Shown here one piece after another: positions 1-10,126 of a stretch of DNA of 64,000 nt. This stretch comes from Oculatellaceae cyanobacterium bins.114 (GTDB lineage Bacteria > Cyanobacteriota > Cyanobacteriia > Elainellales > Elainellaceae), in assembly GCA_033764315.1 (NCBI GenBank), contig JANRJA010000065.1:1-64000 (forward strand). The letters are read 5' to 3'. Position 1 is the stretch's first letter. Every line of letters begins with the position of its first letter. A program made the translations under genes and the position numbers. Under the pieces are notes generated by a model, which saw only the letters and a program-made list of their open reading frames with translations, was not told the DNA's origin and made no database searches.

Positions 1-54
1 CTCATTGAGCTTGGTTTGGCGGTCTTCCCAATCCCAAAAGCCAGGTTGTTTCAT
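1..54 (-). CDS. IS5-family transposase, N-terminal fragment (partial)
   Basis: Manual translation MKQPGFWDWEDRQTKLNE resembles the MxQxGFxDxExR N-terminus of IS5-group transposases; not in the ORF track. Confidence 0.7.
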   Translation of the reverse strand, partial: MKQPGFWDWEDRQTKLNE

Positions 55-140
55 CTCAACTCACCCCGTCACTGCTCCATCACTAGGATCTCATACTTGT
101 CTCGATTTAAGACACTGCTTGATCTATTTTTCGAGGTTCC
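1..140 (-). mobile_element. Left end of an IS5-family insertion sequence (rest lies outside the window)
   Basis: Minus strand begins GGAACCTCGAAAAATAG (IS5-like terminal repeat) at 140 and leads to a transposase-like start at 54. The host reading frame is open from ~141 but stopped at 120-122. Confidence 0.75.
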
Positions 141-1022
141 CAAGAAATAGCTTCTAGACCAAACGTTACTATCTTTGACGACTGGGACGCTATCCGACGT
201 TGGGAAGATTTTGCTGAAGAAGTATGGGCAGCCCACTCAAGAGCTAGCCAAACCCATCTGCCTCTACCTGGATGGTATCGCAGCCATGTGCAAAGAAGGT
301 TTGCGGCATTTGATGGACCCTTTGAAAAATTTGTTTTCTTCGACGCCGACACGTTAGTTATGAAGCCTCTTGACGACGTCATTGAGAAGCTGAATGCTTA
401 CGACTTTGTCTTTAATGACTGGGAGCACCTGAAGCCAGAGCCAGTAGCTGCCTTAAATATCTCCACCATTGAAGAAACAGGTTTATATTCTCCGGGTGAG
501 GTGCGCTCTAAGTTGCACTGCGGTAGTTTCTTTGGTTCAAAGCGAGGTATCTTTAGCCCCGATGAGCTAGCTGTCTTGAAAAAGCGGTTGATTGAAGACC
601 AAGAGATTGAGTGGATTAACGGTAAAGGCTGGTGGGATGATGCTTTCCTCTTTAGCTATCTCAGTCTGCGGAGCGATCGCCCCTTGTTCAATTTCACGCT
701 CAGCCCTAACGCTCAAGAACGGACAGGTAACTGTGCAGATGCTGACCCGTTTGTGAATGTAGATAATGTGCTGTATAACCAGGACGGCATGAAACCCGTG
801 TTGCGAATTCACTACATGGGTTACTCGTCTAAAGACTTTACTCGGTTGAGTCAGGGCGAAGATGTTAACATTCCGCATCGCGATGTTTTCTTGCACTATC
901 GCTTTCTTAAGGAAGCCCACAACAAGCCGAAAAAGTTAGCACCTGCAAGTTTATCTGTCAAAACTAAGCGGATCACTGATCGGGTTGTGCGTAAGGTCAA
1001 AAAAACCTGGATGGTGGGCTAA
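141..1022 (+). pseudogene. IS-interrupted glycosyltransferase-like gene (cyanobacterial Npun_R2821/R2822-like), 3' portion
   Basis: The frame of ORF 288..1022 continues upstream as QEIASRPNVTIFDDWDAIRRWEDF up to the IS end. DxD-type motif FFDADT; no native start in the window. Confidence 0.65.
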
Positions 1023-1147
1023 AGGCTGACTGTCAATCGCTGCCTTATAGCAATACTGGATGAGGGGCGTTTCATGCGACGCCCCTTTCTGGTGTTATAC
1101 CTTTCTGGTGTTATAACAGTGGCGTGAATAGGATGGATATTTGAGGT

Positions 1148-2104
1148 ATGCCGAAAATTAGTGTCTGTATTCCAACGTGTAACCGCTCTCAACTGCTTCA
1201 CTATGCGGTTGAGAGTGCTTTAGGTCAAACGGAAACAGACGTTGAAATCATCGTATGTGACGACGGCTCGACCGATAACACCCCTGACTTGATGGCGACA
1301 CTGATTGCAAATCACCCCGATCGCACGATTCGCTATATTCGCCACCCTCAAAATATTGGTAAAAGCAACAATATGAGGTCTGGCTTTGAGGCAGCAACCG
1401 GGGACTACTTTATTAAATTTGATGATGACGATCGCCTCACCCCTACCTTTTTAGCGGAAACAGGGGCAATTTTAGATCAACATCCTAATATTGATCTGGT
1501 AGGCACCGACCACTGGATTATCGATATTAACAATGTGCGTGACACAGCGGCCACAGATGCTAACTCCCAAAAATGGGGACGTGCTCACTTGCCCGGTGGC
1601 GTGATTCAAAACTTGGTAGAAGTCACGTTTATTGATCAGAGCTTGCAGATCGGGGCAACGTTGTTTCGGCGGCGGGTGCTGCAAGAGGTGAACTATATGC
1701 GCCCCAATATTCAGAATTGCGAAGATAATGACTTGTTGGTGCGATTGGCGATCGCTGGAAAGCAAGCCTATTACCTGCCAAAGCGACTAATGGAATATCG
1801 CGTTCACGCCGGACAGCAAGGAATCGATCGCGCCACTCGCTATTTAAAAGACAAATTGACTTATCTAGAGAATTTTAAGTTTGAAACTGAGCCTCTAGAG
1901 CGGGTGCGTCAAATGCGACTGAGAGAGACTCAGTTGCTGCTGGGGTTGCGCCTGATCGAAACAGGAGAAACGCAGCAGGGACGACAGTTTGCTTTAGCGG
2001 GTCAGTCAGCGTCTCGTGGCAAAGCTTGGGTTGGCTTGTCGTTGTCTTTGTTACCTTTAGGACTTCGCAAGCAAGCATTTCAGCGGCTGCGACAGATCAA
2101 GTAA
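1148..2104 (+). CDS. Glycosyltransferase family 2
   Basis: ISVCIPTCNR, IIVCDDGSTD and KFDDDD GT-A motifs; GAGG RBS. Confidence 0.92.
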   Translation: MPKISVCIPTCNRSQLLHYAVESALGQTETDVEIIVCDDGSTDNTPDLMATLIANHPDRTIRYIRHPQNIGKSNNMRSGFEAATGDYFIKFDDDDRLTPTFLAETGAILDQHPNIDLVGTDHWIIDINNVRDTAATDANSQKWGRAHLPGGVIQNLVEVTFIDQSLQIGATLFRRRVLQEVNYMRPNIQNCEDNDLLVRLAIAGKQAYYLPKRLMEYRVHAGQQGIDRATRYLKDKLTYLENFKFETEPLERVRQMRLRETQLLLGLRLIETGETQQGRQFALAGQSASRGKAWVGLSLSLLPLGLRKQAFQRLRQIK

Positions 2105-2110
2105 TCCTTA

Positions 2111-2363
2111 GATCTTGTACCAATTAAATAACGTGAATTCGGGACAAGGATTTTGGCGGTTGAAACCACAACTACAGGAGCAAAACCGACCTGCGTCGGT
2201 TCACTCAACCCTTGATTCTCCGTAGTTCGCGAAGGCGAACTTCGCTCTGATAGCTGCGAATTTATTCGCTAGGCTCTTAAACCGAACTGACGTTAAATAC
2301 GAAGCTGCGTTAGACAAGGGGCTTAAGCCCCTTGTTTAACATCGATTTATTTAGGACAAGCTC
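2111..2363. mobile_element. MITE-like element with a nested second MITE (2131..2293)
   Basis: Outer imperfect inverted ends GATCTTGTACCAATTAAAT / rc GAGCTTGTCCTAAATAAAT. Inner 163-bp element has ends ACGTGAATTCGG / CCGAACTGACGT and TAAATA on both sides; related copies at 40115 and 48530. Confidence 0.65.
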
Positions 2364-2398
2364 ATTAAAAACGGTATAAGCTCCCCTGTCCTAACAGG

Positions 2399-5300
2399 CT
2401 ATAGCCCCTCACCCTGAAACCGACTGCTAAAATCGGCTAACGTTTCTTCATCTGGGCGATCGCCTTTGATGAGTTTTTGCCGCTTTTGGGATGTCGTTGC
2501 TGGAGTGCTAGGGATCTCCATCTTGGGTTCAGCATCGTAAAAGAATTTCGATAGCGTTTCAATTCCCTGATAGATGGGGGCATCAACTACAGGTTGTGCA
2601 TCCAGATGTTCAGCTAACTCAATCAAGAAATTGGTCTGCTCATCAAAAGGATTGTCTACTTCAGGGCTAGTGTTGACGCTGGCGATCGCCCCTGTTTCCA
2701 ATACTCCTATTTCAGATACCTCTATTTCAGATACCTCTATTTCAGGTACCTCTATTTCGGGTACCTCTATTTCAGATGCCTCTGTTTCAAACCCTGCCAG
2801 CAAATCGTCTTCATCAGTCTTTGCTGAAGTGGGCAAACTCAAGTCCACTGCGGGTACCTCTTCCGCAGACAACAGAGCTTTGTCTTGCTCCACCAAGGGC
2901 AGAGGGGGAGGAGGATTGAGAACTTCAGTAACCGCATCGGCATCCATGATCCCTTGGGCAAGTGGGTTAACCGAGTCAACTGAGTTGCTCGTGGGCGGTT
3001 CAGCATCTTCCTGAGAAGAAGGTTCCAGGGAAAGATCGACAGCTTCTATTGCAGCTGACCCATGACCGTTGGTTGCAGATTTGATGGTGTTGGGGTTCGC
3101 AGGCTCAATAGTGCCTGCTGAGAGAAAAAAACCGTTTTCTGGAGGAACCGTCTCTCTGACTGGAGGAATCGTTTCTAAAGGGGTCGATGGAGGGGATGAG
3201 GTTGGTAAGACCATATCGGGTTGAGCCACTGATTGTTGGCTCAATACGCGTTTTAATTTGGCTACACTTTTTGCCGCTTTTTGGGCATTTGTGGTGTTGC
3301 CACGCTCGGTAAAGAGACGTGCCGCGATTTCAAAGTCAGCGATCGCCCCTCGCAGGTTTTCTAGTTTTTGGTATGCCTGACCTCGGTGATAGTAGGACAT
3401 TGGGGAATCGGGCATAAGCCGAATGACTTCACCAAAATCGGTTGCGGCGGCCAACGGATCATTGTATTTTTGGTCGGCAATGCCGCGATAAAAGTAGGCG
3501 ATCGCTGAGGTTGGTTGTTTCTCAATGGCCAAACTAAAGTCAGAAATAGCCCCCAACTGGTCGCCCTGCTCAGAGCGGATAAAGCCCCGGTTGCAATAGG
3601 CGGCAACTTGATGAGGGTTGAGATGGAGTGATCGGTTAAAATCAGCGATCGCTCCAGCAGGGTCACCGTTGTCGTACCGTGCTAAGCCCCGATAGTTGTA
3701 AGCGATCGCATCATCGGGGTTGATCGATAAAACTTGACTAAAGTCGGCAATGGCTCCCTCGCGATCGCCCAGGTCATAGCGAGTGACGGCTTGATTCCAA
3801 TAGGCGGTGATGTCGTTGAGGTTGGGCACAGGGTGATCAAACTGCGCCATGCATTGCTGAATCACATCTGCATCGTCAGTCCACAACTTCAACTCCATTT
3901 CCGGTAGGCTGTTGGTCGAGACCAGTGCTTCATCAATTGCCATAATGGCAAACGCCTGATCAGAGACCAAAAAGTTGCCACTGGTTCCCAAAACTTTGAA
4001 CTGGAAGTGTTGGGAATAGGTTCGTTTGAGTTGCAACAGCTTTTGCAAGGTCGATTGCAACTCTTTTTGAATGGGATTAATCGACCAGCGGTGATTAATG
4101 GTGCTCAGTAGCCGTTCTTCGTCTCGGCTAGCCTGGTGACACCAACCGACATCTAGCCGTCGTCCCCGTTGCAAAAAAGCCTCTAATTTATTGAGCAAAA
4201 TCTGATCAAGTGGACACTGGCTCGACCACGGCAAGACTAAGATCAGTCGTTCTTGAGTCACATCTAGAGCCTGCTCAAGCGCAGCCCGACTAGAATTTGG
4301 CTTGGTGCCCGTAGATTGTGCCGCTTTGAAGTCAAACACCAACTGATAATGAGGGTTGTTAGGAAATGCTAACAATTGCTCATTGACCTCTTGCAATTCG
4401 CGTTCAACGGTTGCCTCAATCTGAGCTTGTAGCTGTGACCCACTGGGTAACTCGCGTAGCTGTTGGGCGATCGCCTGTAGCTCTTGGTTCAAGACTGTTT
4501 CAACCCGATATTGAAACTCGACTTGAGGGTGAGCTATTGGAGTCTCGGTTGGCAACTCGTGGTGCTCTTGCTCAACGGCTGTGATCAGTGGCTCTGTTGA
4601 GGGGGGCTGGTCTAAAGACCGGATGGGTATCTCTGGGCGATCGCCTGTAGACACGGTTGACAGCGTTTGAAACTGCCGACTCAACTCCTGCAACTCTTGA
4701 CGCAGCGTTGTTTCAAATTGTTTTTGAAACTCTTGTTGTTGTTGTAGAGATTTGATTTGAGCCGTGAGTGCTCCCCAGTCGCGCTTGGGCACCAACTCAC
4801 CTACAGCTTTGACTAGTTGGGCAATCTCACGCTTTAAAGAAGTAGAGTCAAAGGGAGGCGGCAGTTTCTTAATCTGGCGATCGAGGTGATTGATCTGGTT
4901 TTGCAAAGCCGTTAGGCTCGATTTTTCTGGGCGTTTTTGGAGCTGCTGATTGAGTTCTTGTAATTTATAGCGCAACGATTCTTCAGATTGATTGCGAGAT
5001 TCTTGCTGTTGTTGCAAGGCTCTAATTTCAGTTTGCAAGTTGTGCCAGTCTCGTTTGGGCACCAAGTCGGCGACCACCCGAATCAGCTCTGTCACTTCTT
5101 GCTTGAGAGCAGTTGCATCAAACGGTGGTGGCAGCTTTTGAAATTGGCGATTCAGGTGATTAATCTGATCTTGCAGCGAGGTGAGAGTTGGTCGAGTTTG
5201 GTCGGCCAGGGTTTGCAGGTTGTCTCGGAGTTGCAGAGCGTTGGTTTTGATCTTGACGATCGCCCCTTCTACTTCGTCTAACCGTCTTGAGGTCGAAAGC

Positions 5301-5788
5301 TGGCTCAACTGCGTATTTAACTGAGTTACGGCATCGTTAAGTTGGCTATATTGCCCTTGGATGTGTGCCAAATCTTGCCGAACAGACCCCAAATTCTGCC
5401 GATCAAGCAGGGTAAACCGCTCTGACACTTCCTGCTTGATTTTATTAATGTCAGTAGATAGCTCATCCAACACCTCCCGATTTTTGTTCAGCAGTGTCTT
5501 TTTTAGACTGCCCATTGCTTCGACAGTCGGCAGCGACAGCACTTGCTGATTGAGGAGCTCAATATTTTTTGAGAGTTTGCGATCGATATCAGTAACGGCG
5601 ATCGCGGTATTTTGTTCTGCTAATTGTTCAAAGCGGCGGCGATTTGCCAAATTCAAGAGCACCAGCAGTGACAGCGGAGCGGAGGTATAGAGCACTTGCG
5701 AGGAAACAAAGGACGCAACTGACCCTACGCCTAGCCCAACTAGCGATGCGTACTCTGCAAAATCTAACCAATGACGTTGTTTCTTCAA
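2399..5788 (-). CDS. Membrane-anchored coiled-coil protein with degenerate PLD-like domain and TPR repeats
   Basis: N-terminal hydrophobic segments, heptad region with duplicated KLPPPFD...LVPKRDW unit, TPRs (AYNYRGLARY, AYCNRGFIR), acidic low-complexity tail. TTG start uncertain. Confidence 0.8.
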   Translation of the reverse strand: MKKQRHWLDFAEYASLVGLGVGSVASFVSSQVLYTSAPLSLLVLLNLANRRRFEQLAEQNTAIAVTDIDRKLSKNIELLNQQVLSLPTVEAMGSLKKTLLNKNREVLDELSTDINKIKQEVSERFTLLDRQNLGSVRQDLAHIQGQYSQLNDAVTQLNTQLSQLSTSRRLDEVEGAIVKIKTNALQLRDNLQTLADQTRPTLTSLQDQINHLNRQFQKLPPPFDATALKQEVTELIRVVADLVPKRDWHNLQTEIRALQQQQESRNQSEESLRYKLQELNQQLQKRPEKSSLTALQNQINHLDRQIKKLPPPFDSTSLKREIAQLVKAVGELVPKRDWGALTAQIKSLQQQQEFQKQFETTLRQELQELSRQFQTLSTVSTGDRPEIPIRSLDQPPSTEPLITAVEQEHHELPTETPIAHPQVEFQYRVETVLNQELQAIAQQLRELPSGSQLQAQIEATVERELQEVNEQLLAFPNNPHYQLVFDFKAAQSTGTKPNSSRAALEQALDVTQERLILVLPWSSQCPLDQILLNKLEAFLQRGRRLDVGWCHQASRDEERLLSTINHRWSINPIQKELQSTLQKLLQLKRTYSQHFQFKVLGTSGNFLVSDQAFAIMAIDEALVSTNSLPEMELKLWTDDADVIQQCMAQFDHPVPNLNDITAYWNQAVTRYDLGDREGAIADFSQVLSINPDDAIAYNYRGLARYDNGDPAGAIADFNRSLHLNPHQVAAYCNRGFIRSEQGDQLGAISDFSLAIEKQPTSAIAYFYRGIADQKYNDPLAAATDFGEVIRLMPDSPMSYYHRGQAYQKLENLRGAIADFEIAARLFTERGNTTNAQKAAKSVAKLKRVLSQQSVAQPDMVLPTSSPPSTPLETIPPVRETVPPENGFFLSAGTIEPANPNTIKSATNGHGSAAIEAVDLSLEPSSQEDAEPPTSNSVDSVNPLAQGIMDADAVTEVLNPPPPLPLVEQDKALLSAEEVPAVDLSLPTSAKTDEDDLLAGFETEASEIEVPEIEVPEIEVSEIEVSEIGVLETGAIASVNTSPEVDNPFDEQTNFLIELAEHLDAQPVVDAPIYQGIETLSKFFYDAEPKMEIPSTPATTSQKRQKLIKGDRPDEETLADFSSRFQGEGL
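2703..2783. repeat. 15-bp coding tandem repeat (EIEV[P/S])n
   Basis: Repeated TACCTCTATTTCAG[A/G] units. Confidence 0.85.
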
Positions 5789-6205
5789 GATACTCTATGC
5801 CCCAGATTTAATAACCTCCGACCGACAACTCGCTCAAAACTCTTTCAAACCTGCTTAAAGGGTTTAGCCAAAAACTATCAACGATTTAGATAGGTTTTGA
5901 GCGTGCAGAGTTGCAATCCAGAGAGAACTATATCCATTTATTCCTCCCCTACCCACTCGATCAGGAAATCTTGCCAAGGGAATGATTTTCGTCGTCAGTA
6001 AAATTTCGGAGTTTCTGATTTTGAACCTCAAGATCTTGCAGTACTTCAATTGAACCCCCAGTTTTATTGTTATTGGGTGGCAACTTCAAACGGTCTCAAT
6101 TGAAGTTCATCAAAACTTTAATCAAAGGTAGAAAAATACACACTGGGAATCCGGAGAAAACCAGAGCCAAAAGAAAACATAAATAAGGTCTGGAAGAGGT
6201 GTTAT

Positions 6206-6496
6206 ATGAGTCAGTCAAATCTTTTTGATATCAGCCAAAAATTGGTCAAAATTATTGAAACAAAAGATGCAGAGCGAGTAAGGCACTGGTCGAAAGTTTT
6301 AGAAAAGCAAAAAAATCCGATGGTAACGGTTGAAGTTTTTGCTTTAATTCGTCGGCAACTCGCTCAAAAAGATGAAGATTTGAATCGTTGGTTTCAAACC
6401 ATTTACTTTGAAGAATATAACCCCGAAGTGAAAACATTATGGCTCGATTTTGTTGATCTTTGTAGCCTGAGTCTTGAAGAAAAGAAAATGGCTTGA
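6206..6496 (+). CDS. Hypothetical protein (96 aa)
   Basis: GAGG RBS, ATG start, downstream terminator-like hairpin. Confidence 0.7.
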   Translation: MSQSNLFDISQKLVKIIETKDAERVRHWSKVLEKQKNPMVTVEVFALIRRQLAQKDEDLNRWFQTIYFEEYNPEVKTLWLDFVDLCSLSLEEKKMA

Positions 6497-6564
6497 TCAT
6501 CTCAAAATCTGAGTTATACGGTAATTTTTTAACGAATAGCGATCTTTTTTTCATGGAAAGATGA

Positions 6565-6597
6565 GAGCCTGAAGAATTACTTTCAGGCTCATTTTTT
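6565..6597 (+). terminator. Putative intrinsic terminator
   Basis: GAGCCTGAA...TTCAGGCTC stem followed by ATTTTTT. Confidence 0.55.
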
Positions 6598-6891
6598 ATC
6601 TGTTATGAAATTAGATTGTTGGGTTGTCACTTGGTTTGCCCTTCAGGTTTTCTAGCTCTACTGTTCTTTGAGACAGGTGCCCAATCGTGTGAGGTGATGA
6701 GTGGGCTGTCTTAGCCAGTCTGGTTTGGATTGTTAAAACGTGAGATATCGGGTATGTCTCAAATAGCAGGAGATTGAAGTTGCCCAGAAACAGTTTGATG
6801 AGGTGCAACATGATTTGTCTGAGCCATTTGAACCATCAGATCTGCCTAGGAAACCCCTAGAATATTGAATGTTGAGATCGCACTTTAAGAT

Positions 6892-7857
6892 ATGACTGCT
6901 TTTGTAAAACCGTCCCCTAGAATAATGTCTCGCGTGGTTAACGGCATTTTGTCGATCAAACCGTTAGCTGCGTTAGCCAAAAACCAGGCACGCAATATGA
7001 TGATTCAACGGGCAGAGTCAATCGGTGTATATTGGCGGCAAGAAGTTCAGAAGTTGCGATCGCGCCAGACAGCAGTGGAGTTCTCCCCGGATTGGGAGGC
7101 TGAGCTATCCAACATTCAAAATCCTGATTTAACCTATCCAAACTATTACCTCAAGTCGTTTCATGCTTACGACGAAGGCAATCTGGGTTGGGAGCCAGCA
7201 ATGGAAGTCGAAGTCGCAGCTCAAGCGGTTCATGCTCGCATCTGGGCAGAGGCAGGGGCACAAGGAGATGCGTGGTTACGCCAAAGCTATCATGCGGCTT
7301 TAAAGGAACACCTGTCCCAGGATCCGCAGACAATCTTGGATGTCGGGTGCAGTGTTGGCATGAGCACGTTTGCCATGCAGGCAATCTATCCTCAAGCTCA
7401 GATCACGGGTGTGGATTTGTCTCCTTATTTTTTGGCGATCGCCCAATATCAAACAGAGATGCGATCGGCTACTAGCACAGCGAGTGATGCACCGAAACCA
7501 ACCTGGTTGCATGCTGCTGCTGAAGCCACAACGTTGCCAACCGCATCGTTTGACTTAGTCTCTGCCTTTTTAATATTTCATGAGTTACCCCAAACGGCTG
7601 CCATAGGAGTGCTGCAAGAGGCGCGGCGATTGCTCAAGCCGGGTGGCTATGTGGCGTTGATGGATATGAACCCCCACTCTGAGATTTATGCCAAGATGCC
7701 ACCTTATATCTTGACGTTGCTCAAAAGCACAGAACCCTATCTCGACGAATATTTTGCTTTGAATCTGGAGCAAGCCATATATGATGCGGGGTTTGAGTTC
7801 CCCAAGGTGGTGTGCAATAGCCCTCGTCACCGCACTGTGATTGCCCAAGTTCGCTAA
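6892..7857 (+). CDS. Class I SAM-dependent methyltransferase
   Basis: ILDVGCSVG motif I, GVDLSPY, RLLKPGG. Confidence 0.9.
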   Translation: MTAFVKPSPRIMSRVVNGILSIKPLAALAKNQARNMMIQRAESIGVYWRQEVQKLRSRQTAVEFSPDWEAELSNIQNPDLTYPNYYLKSFHAYDEGNLGWEPAMEVEVAAQAVHARIWAEAGAQGDAWLRQSYHAALKEHLSQDPQTILDVGCSVGMSTFAMQAIYPQAQITGVDLSPYFLAIAQYQTEMRSATSTASDAPKPTWLHAAAEATTLPTASFDLVSAFLIFHELPQTAAIGVLQEARRLLKPGGYVALMDMNPHSEIYAKMPPYILTLLKSTEPYLDEYFALNLEQAIYDAGFEFPKVVCNSPRHRTVIAQVR

Positions 7858-7912
7858 CCCAGTTCCTCGGTCTATTCAAACAACCGGGGATCTCGTATCT
7901 AAGGAGAGTTTG

Positions 7913-8953
7913 ATGAGTCCGATTACCCAGTTGCCGATTCCAACTCATTTTGATCCCGCTCAGGTGGGAGATGTGTGGCGAGTGCCTTACCAAACAAGAG
8001 CGATCGAAGCCAAAGCATGGGCAAAACAGCAAAGAATACCTCCTGCCGCTAATGATCGCTTCCGCGTTTGCTTACTGGCCATCGATGTACAAAACACCTT
8101 TTGCATTCCCCAGTTTGAGTTGTTTGTGGGTGGGCGATCAGGTACGGGTGCGGTGGATGACAATGGGCGGTTGTGTGAGTTTGTCTACCGCAACTTGAGC
8201 AAAATTACGACCATTGTGGCGACGATGGATACCCACAGTGCTATGCAGATTTTTCACTCGGTGTTTTGGGTAAATCAAGCAGGGGAGCACCCCCCAGCGA
8301 TGACGATGATTTCCTTAGAAGATGTAGAACGAGGGATATGGCAGGCCAATCCGGCGATCGCCCCTGATGTGACTCAAGGCAATGTAGAACGGCTCCAGTC
8401 CTATGCGTTGCACTATGTTCGCAAGCTGAGTCAACAGGGTAAATATTTGTTGACCATCTGGCCCTATCACTCGATGTTGGGCGGTGTGGGTCATGCCCTC
8501 GTTTCATCTTTTGAAGAGGCTTGCTTTTTTCATGCGATCGCACGTCAGAGCCAAACTCAGTTTGAGATTAAGGGCGGCAATCCCCTGACCGAAAACTATT
8601 CGGTACTGAAGCCAGAGGTCTTGACCGATCATGAAGAGCAGGCGATCGCCCAAAAAAATACGCCCCTTTTGGAAAAATTGCTAACCTTTGATGCCGTCAT
8701 TATTGCGGGTCAGGCCAAGAGCCATTGTGTCGCCTGGACTATTGATGACCTGTTATCAGGCATTCAAGCCACCAACCCTCTGTTAGCTCAAAAAGTGTAT
8801 TTGCTAGAAGATTGCACCTCACCTGTCGTTGTTCCTGATGTAGTGGATTTCACAGAACAAGCCGATGCTGCGTTTCAACGATTTGTTGAGGCGGGCATGC
8901 ATGTCGTGCGATCGACTGAGCCAATCGAGACTTGGCCAGGAATGAGGCTGTAA
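7913..8953 (+). CDS. Isochorismatase/nicotinamidase-family cysteine hydrolase
   Basis: [27 protein letters not shown]. Start moved to ATG 7913 after AAGGAG. Confidence 0.85.
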   Translation: MSPITQLPIPTHFDPAQVGDVWRVPYQTRAIEAKAWAKQQRIPPAANDRFRVCLLAIDVQNTFCIPQFELFVGGRSGTGAVDDNGRLCEFVYRNLSKITTIVATMDTHSAMQIFHSVFWVNQAGEHPPAMTMISLEDVERGIWQANPAIAPDVTQGNVERLQSYALHYVRKLSQQGKYLLTIWPYHSMLGGVGHALVSSFEEACFFHAIARQSQTQFEIKGGNPLTENYSVLKPEVLTDHEEQAIAQKNTPLLEKLLTFDAVIIAGQAKSHCVAWTIDDLLSGIQATNPLLAQKVYLLEDCTSPVVVPDVVDFTEQADAAFQRFVEAGMHVVRSTEPIETWPGMRL

Positions 8954-8988
8954 ATTGAGTCGTGATGTGAGGGCTAACGACACCTGAC

Positions 8989-9465
8989 TTACTCTCGGAG
9001 CCACTCATCAATCGCAATGATTTTGCTCGGCAGATTTTGCATCTCGATCCGTTGAAACATCAACGTGATGTCTTCTAAATCGCAGGTGCTGTGCTCATCG
9101 TCTAAACTGCCTGTGTATTGGCGGATGTGGGAAATCATGGCATTAGTCAATTTGACAATGTGATAGACCTCCGTTTCACCAACAGAGTTAGGGCGCACAA
9201 ATTCGATGAAGACGGTTCTCAATACCTCATTGCTAATCAATGCTTGAAACAGTTGTGGAGTGGCTGATCCCCAAGCTTTGGTAATCACAATAGGGGAATG
9301 TTGTCGTTTACCCGTTGCCATACCACTGGTGCGATCGCGCGGAGATTGAACCTCGTAGGTGAAGTGCAAACCCACTAATTTGTCTGGGTATGTTTCTTGC
9401 TCTGCTTCGCCTTTAAATTTGCCCTGAACCGTTCCCTCAATTGAAACGTAGAACTCGCGGGTCAT
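8989..9465 (-). CDS. hcp: Type VI secretion tube protein Hcp (TssD), orphan
   Basis: IEGTVQGKFKGE, SPRDRTSGMATGKRQHSPIVITKAW..TPQLFQAL, KLTNA, EDITLMFQRIE. ATG at 9465 after GGGAG; 158 aa. Confidence 0.9.
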   Translation of the reverse strand: MTREFYVSIEGTVQGKFKGEAEQETYPDKLVGLHFTYEVQSPRDRTSGMATGKRQHSPIVITKAWGSATPQLFQALISNEVLRTVFIEFVRPNSVGETEVYHIVKLTNAMISHIRQYTGSLDDEHSTCDLEDITLMFQRIEMQNLPSKIIAIDEWLRE

Positions 9466-9566
9466 ATCGTTTCTCCCGTAACAACCCTTGTAGAAACGCA
9501 TTGGCTCCTTCGGTTTACGGATAGAACCTTGGCAGATTAACAATTAGTAGTCATACCGATTAGTCA

Positions 9567-10043
9567 TACCGATTTAATTCCAATTTAAACGTGAACCTTG
9601 CACTTGACCCCACCGTGGCTCGACGGCTCGACTGAGCATCGCCGAACGTCTGGGCATCGCCGAACGTCCTACGGCACCGTTCGGCTGAAGCTCACGACGA
9701 AGCCTCTCCTTGTAAAGCTACCGTGTATACAGATCTCTGTTTCTTCAATGAGTTTGAGAACCAGGCATTGGGGGAGTCTCCCCCAAACCCCCATTGGGGG
9801 ACGCCACTGCCTCCCCCAAACCCCCTAGCAGACGGTGTTTTGGTTCACCCAAAGACGCGCTTCGCATCGGTTCCAAGTCCGGGTGTTTTGGGTGAGGGCA
9901 AGACCCTTGGTAACGGCTCAAGGTTCCCCAAAATTAGGGATTAGGGGCTAAGAGGATTTGTGTATACACGGTTAGCCTTGCCAAGGAGAGGTTGGGAGGG
10001 GTCACATTTGCACCATTTGTACTGTTTTCAAATCAAATTAGTA
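9567..10043. mobile_element. Nested MITE/palindrome cluster
   Basis: Outer ends TACCGATTTAATT / AATCAAATTAGTA. Inner element 9718..9975 has ends CTACCGTGTATACA / TGTATACACGGTTAG, flanked by CCTTGTAAAG / CCTTGCCAAG. Part of the inner sequence is related to 27975-28130. Confidence 0.7.
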
Positions 10044-10126
10044 TAATTTTTGATTGTGGCAGATAGCCAGGTAAGGGCATTTCGCAAAACGCTTGAAATG
10101 ATTCTCACCTTCCTACTCATCCCGCT

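Noticed and set aside
9598..9944. Short ORFs 9598..9828 and 9723..9944
   Set aside because: They lie wholly within nested palindromic elements.
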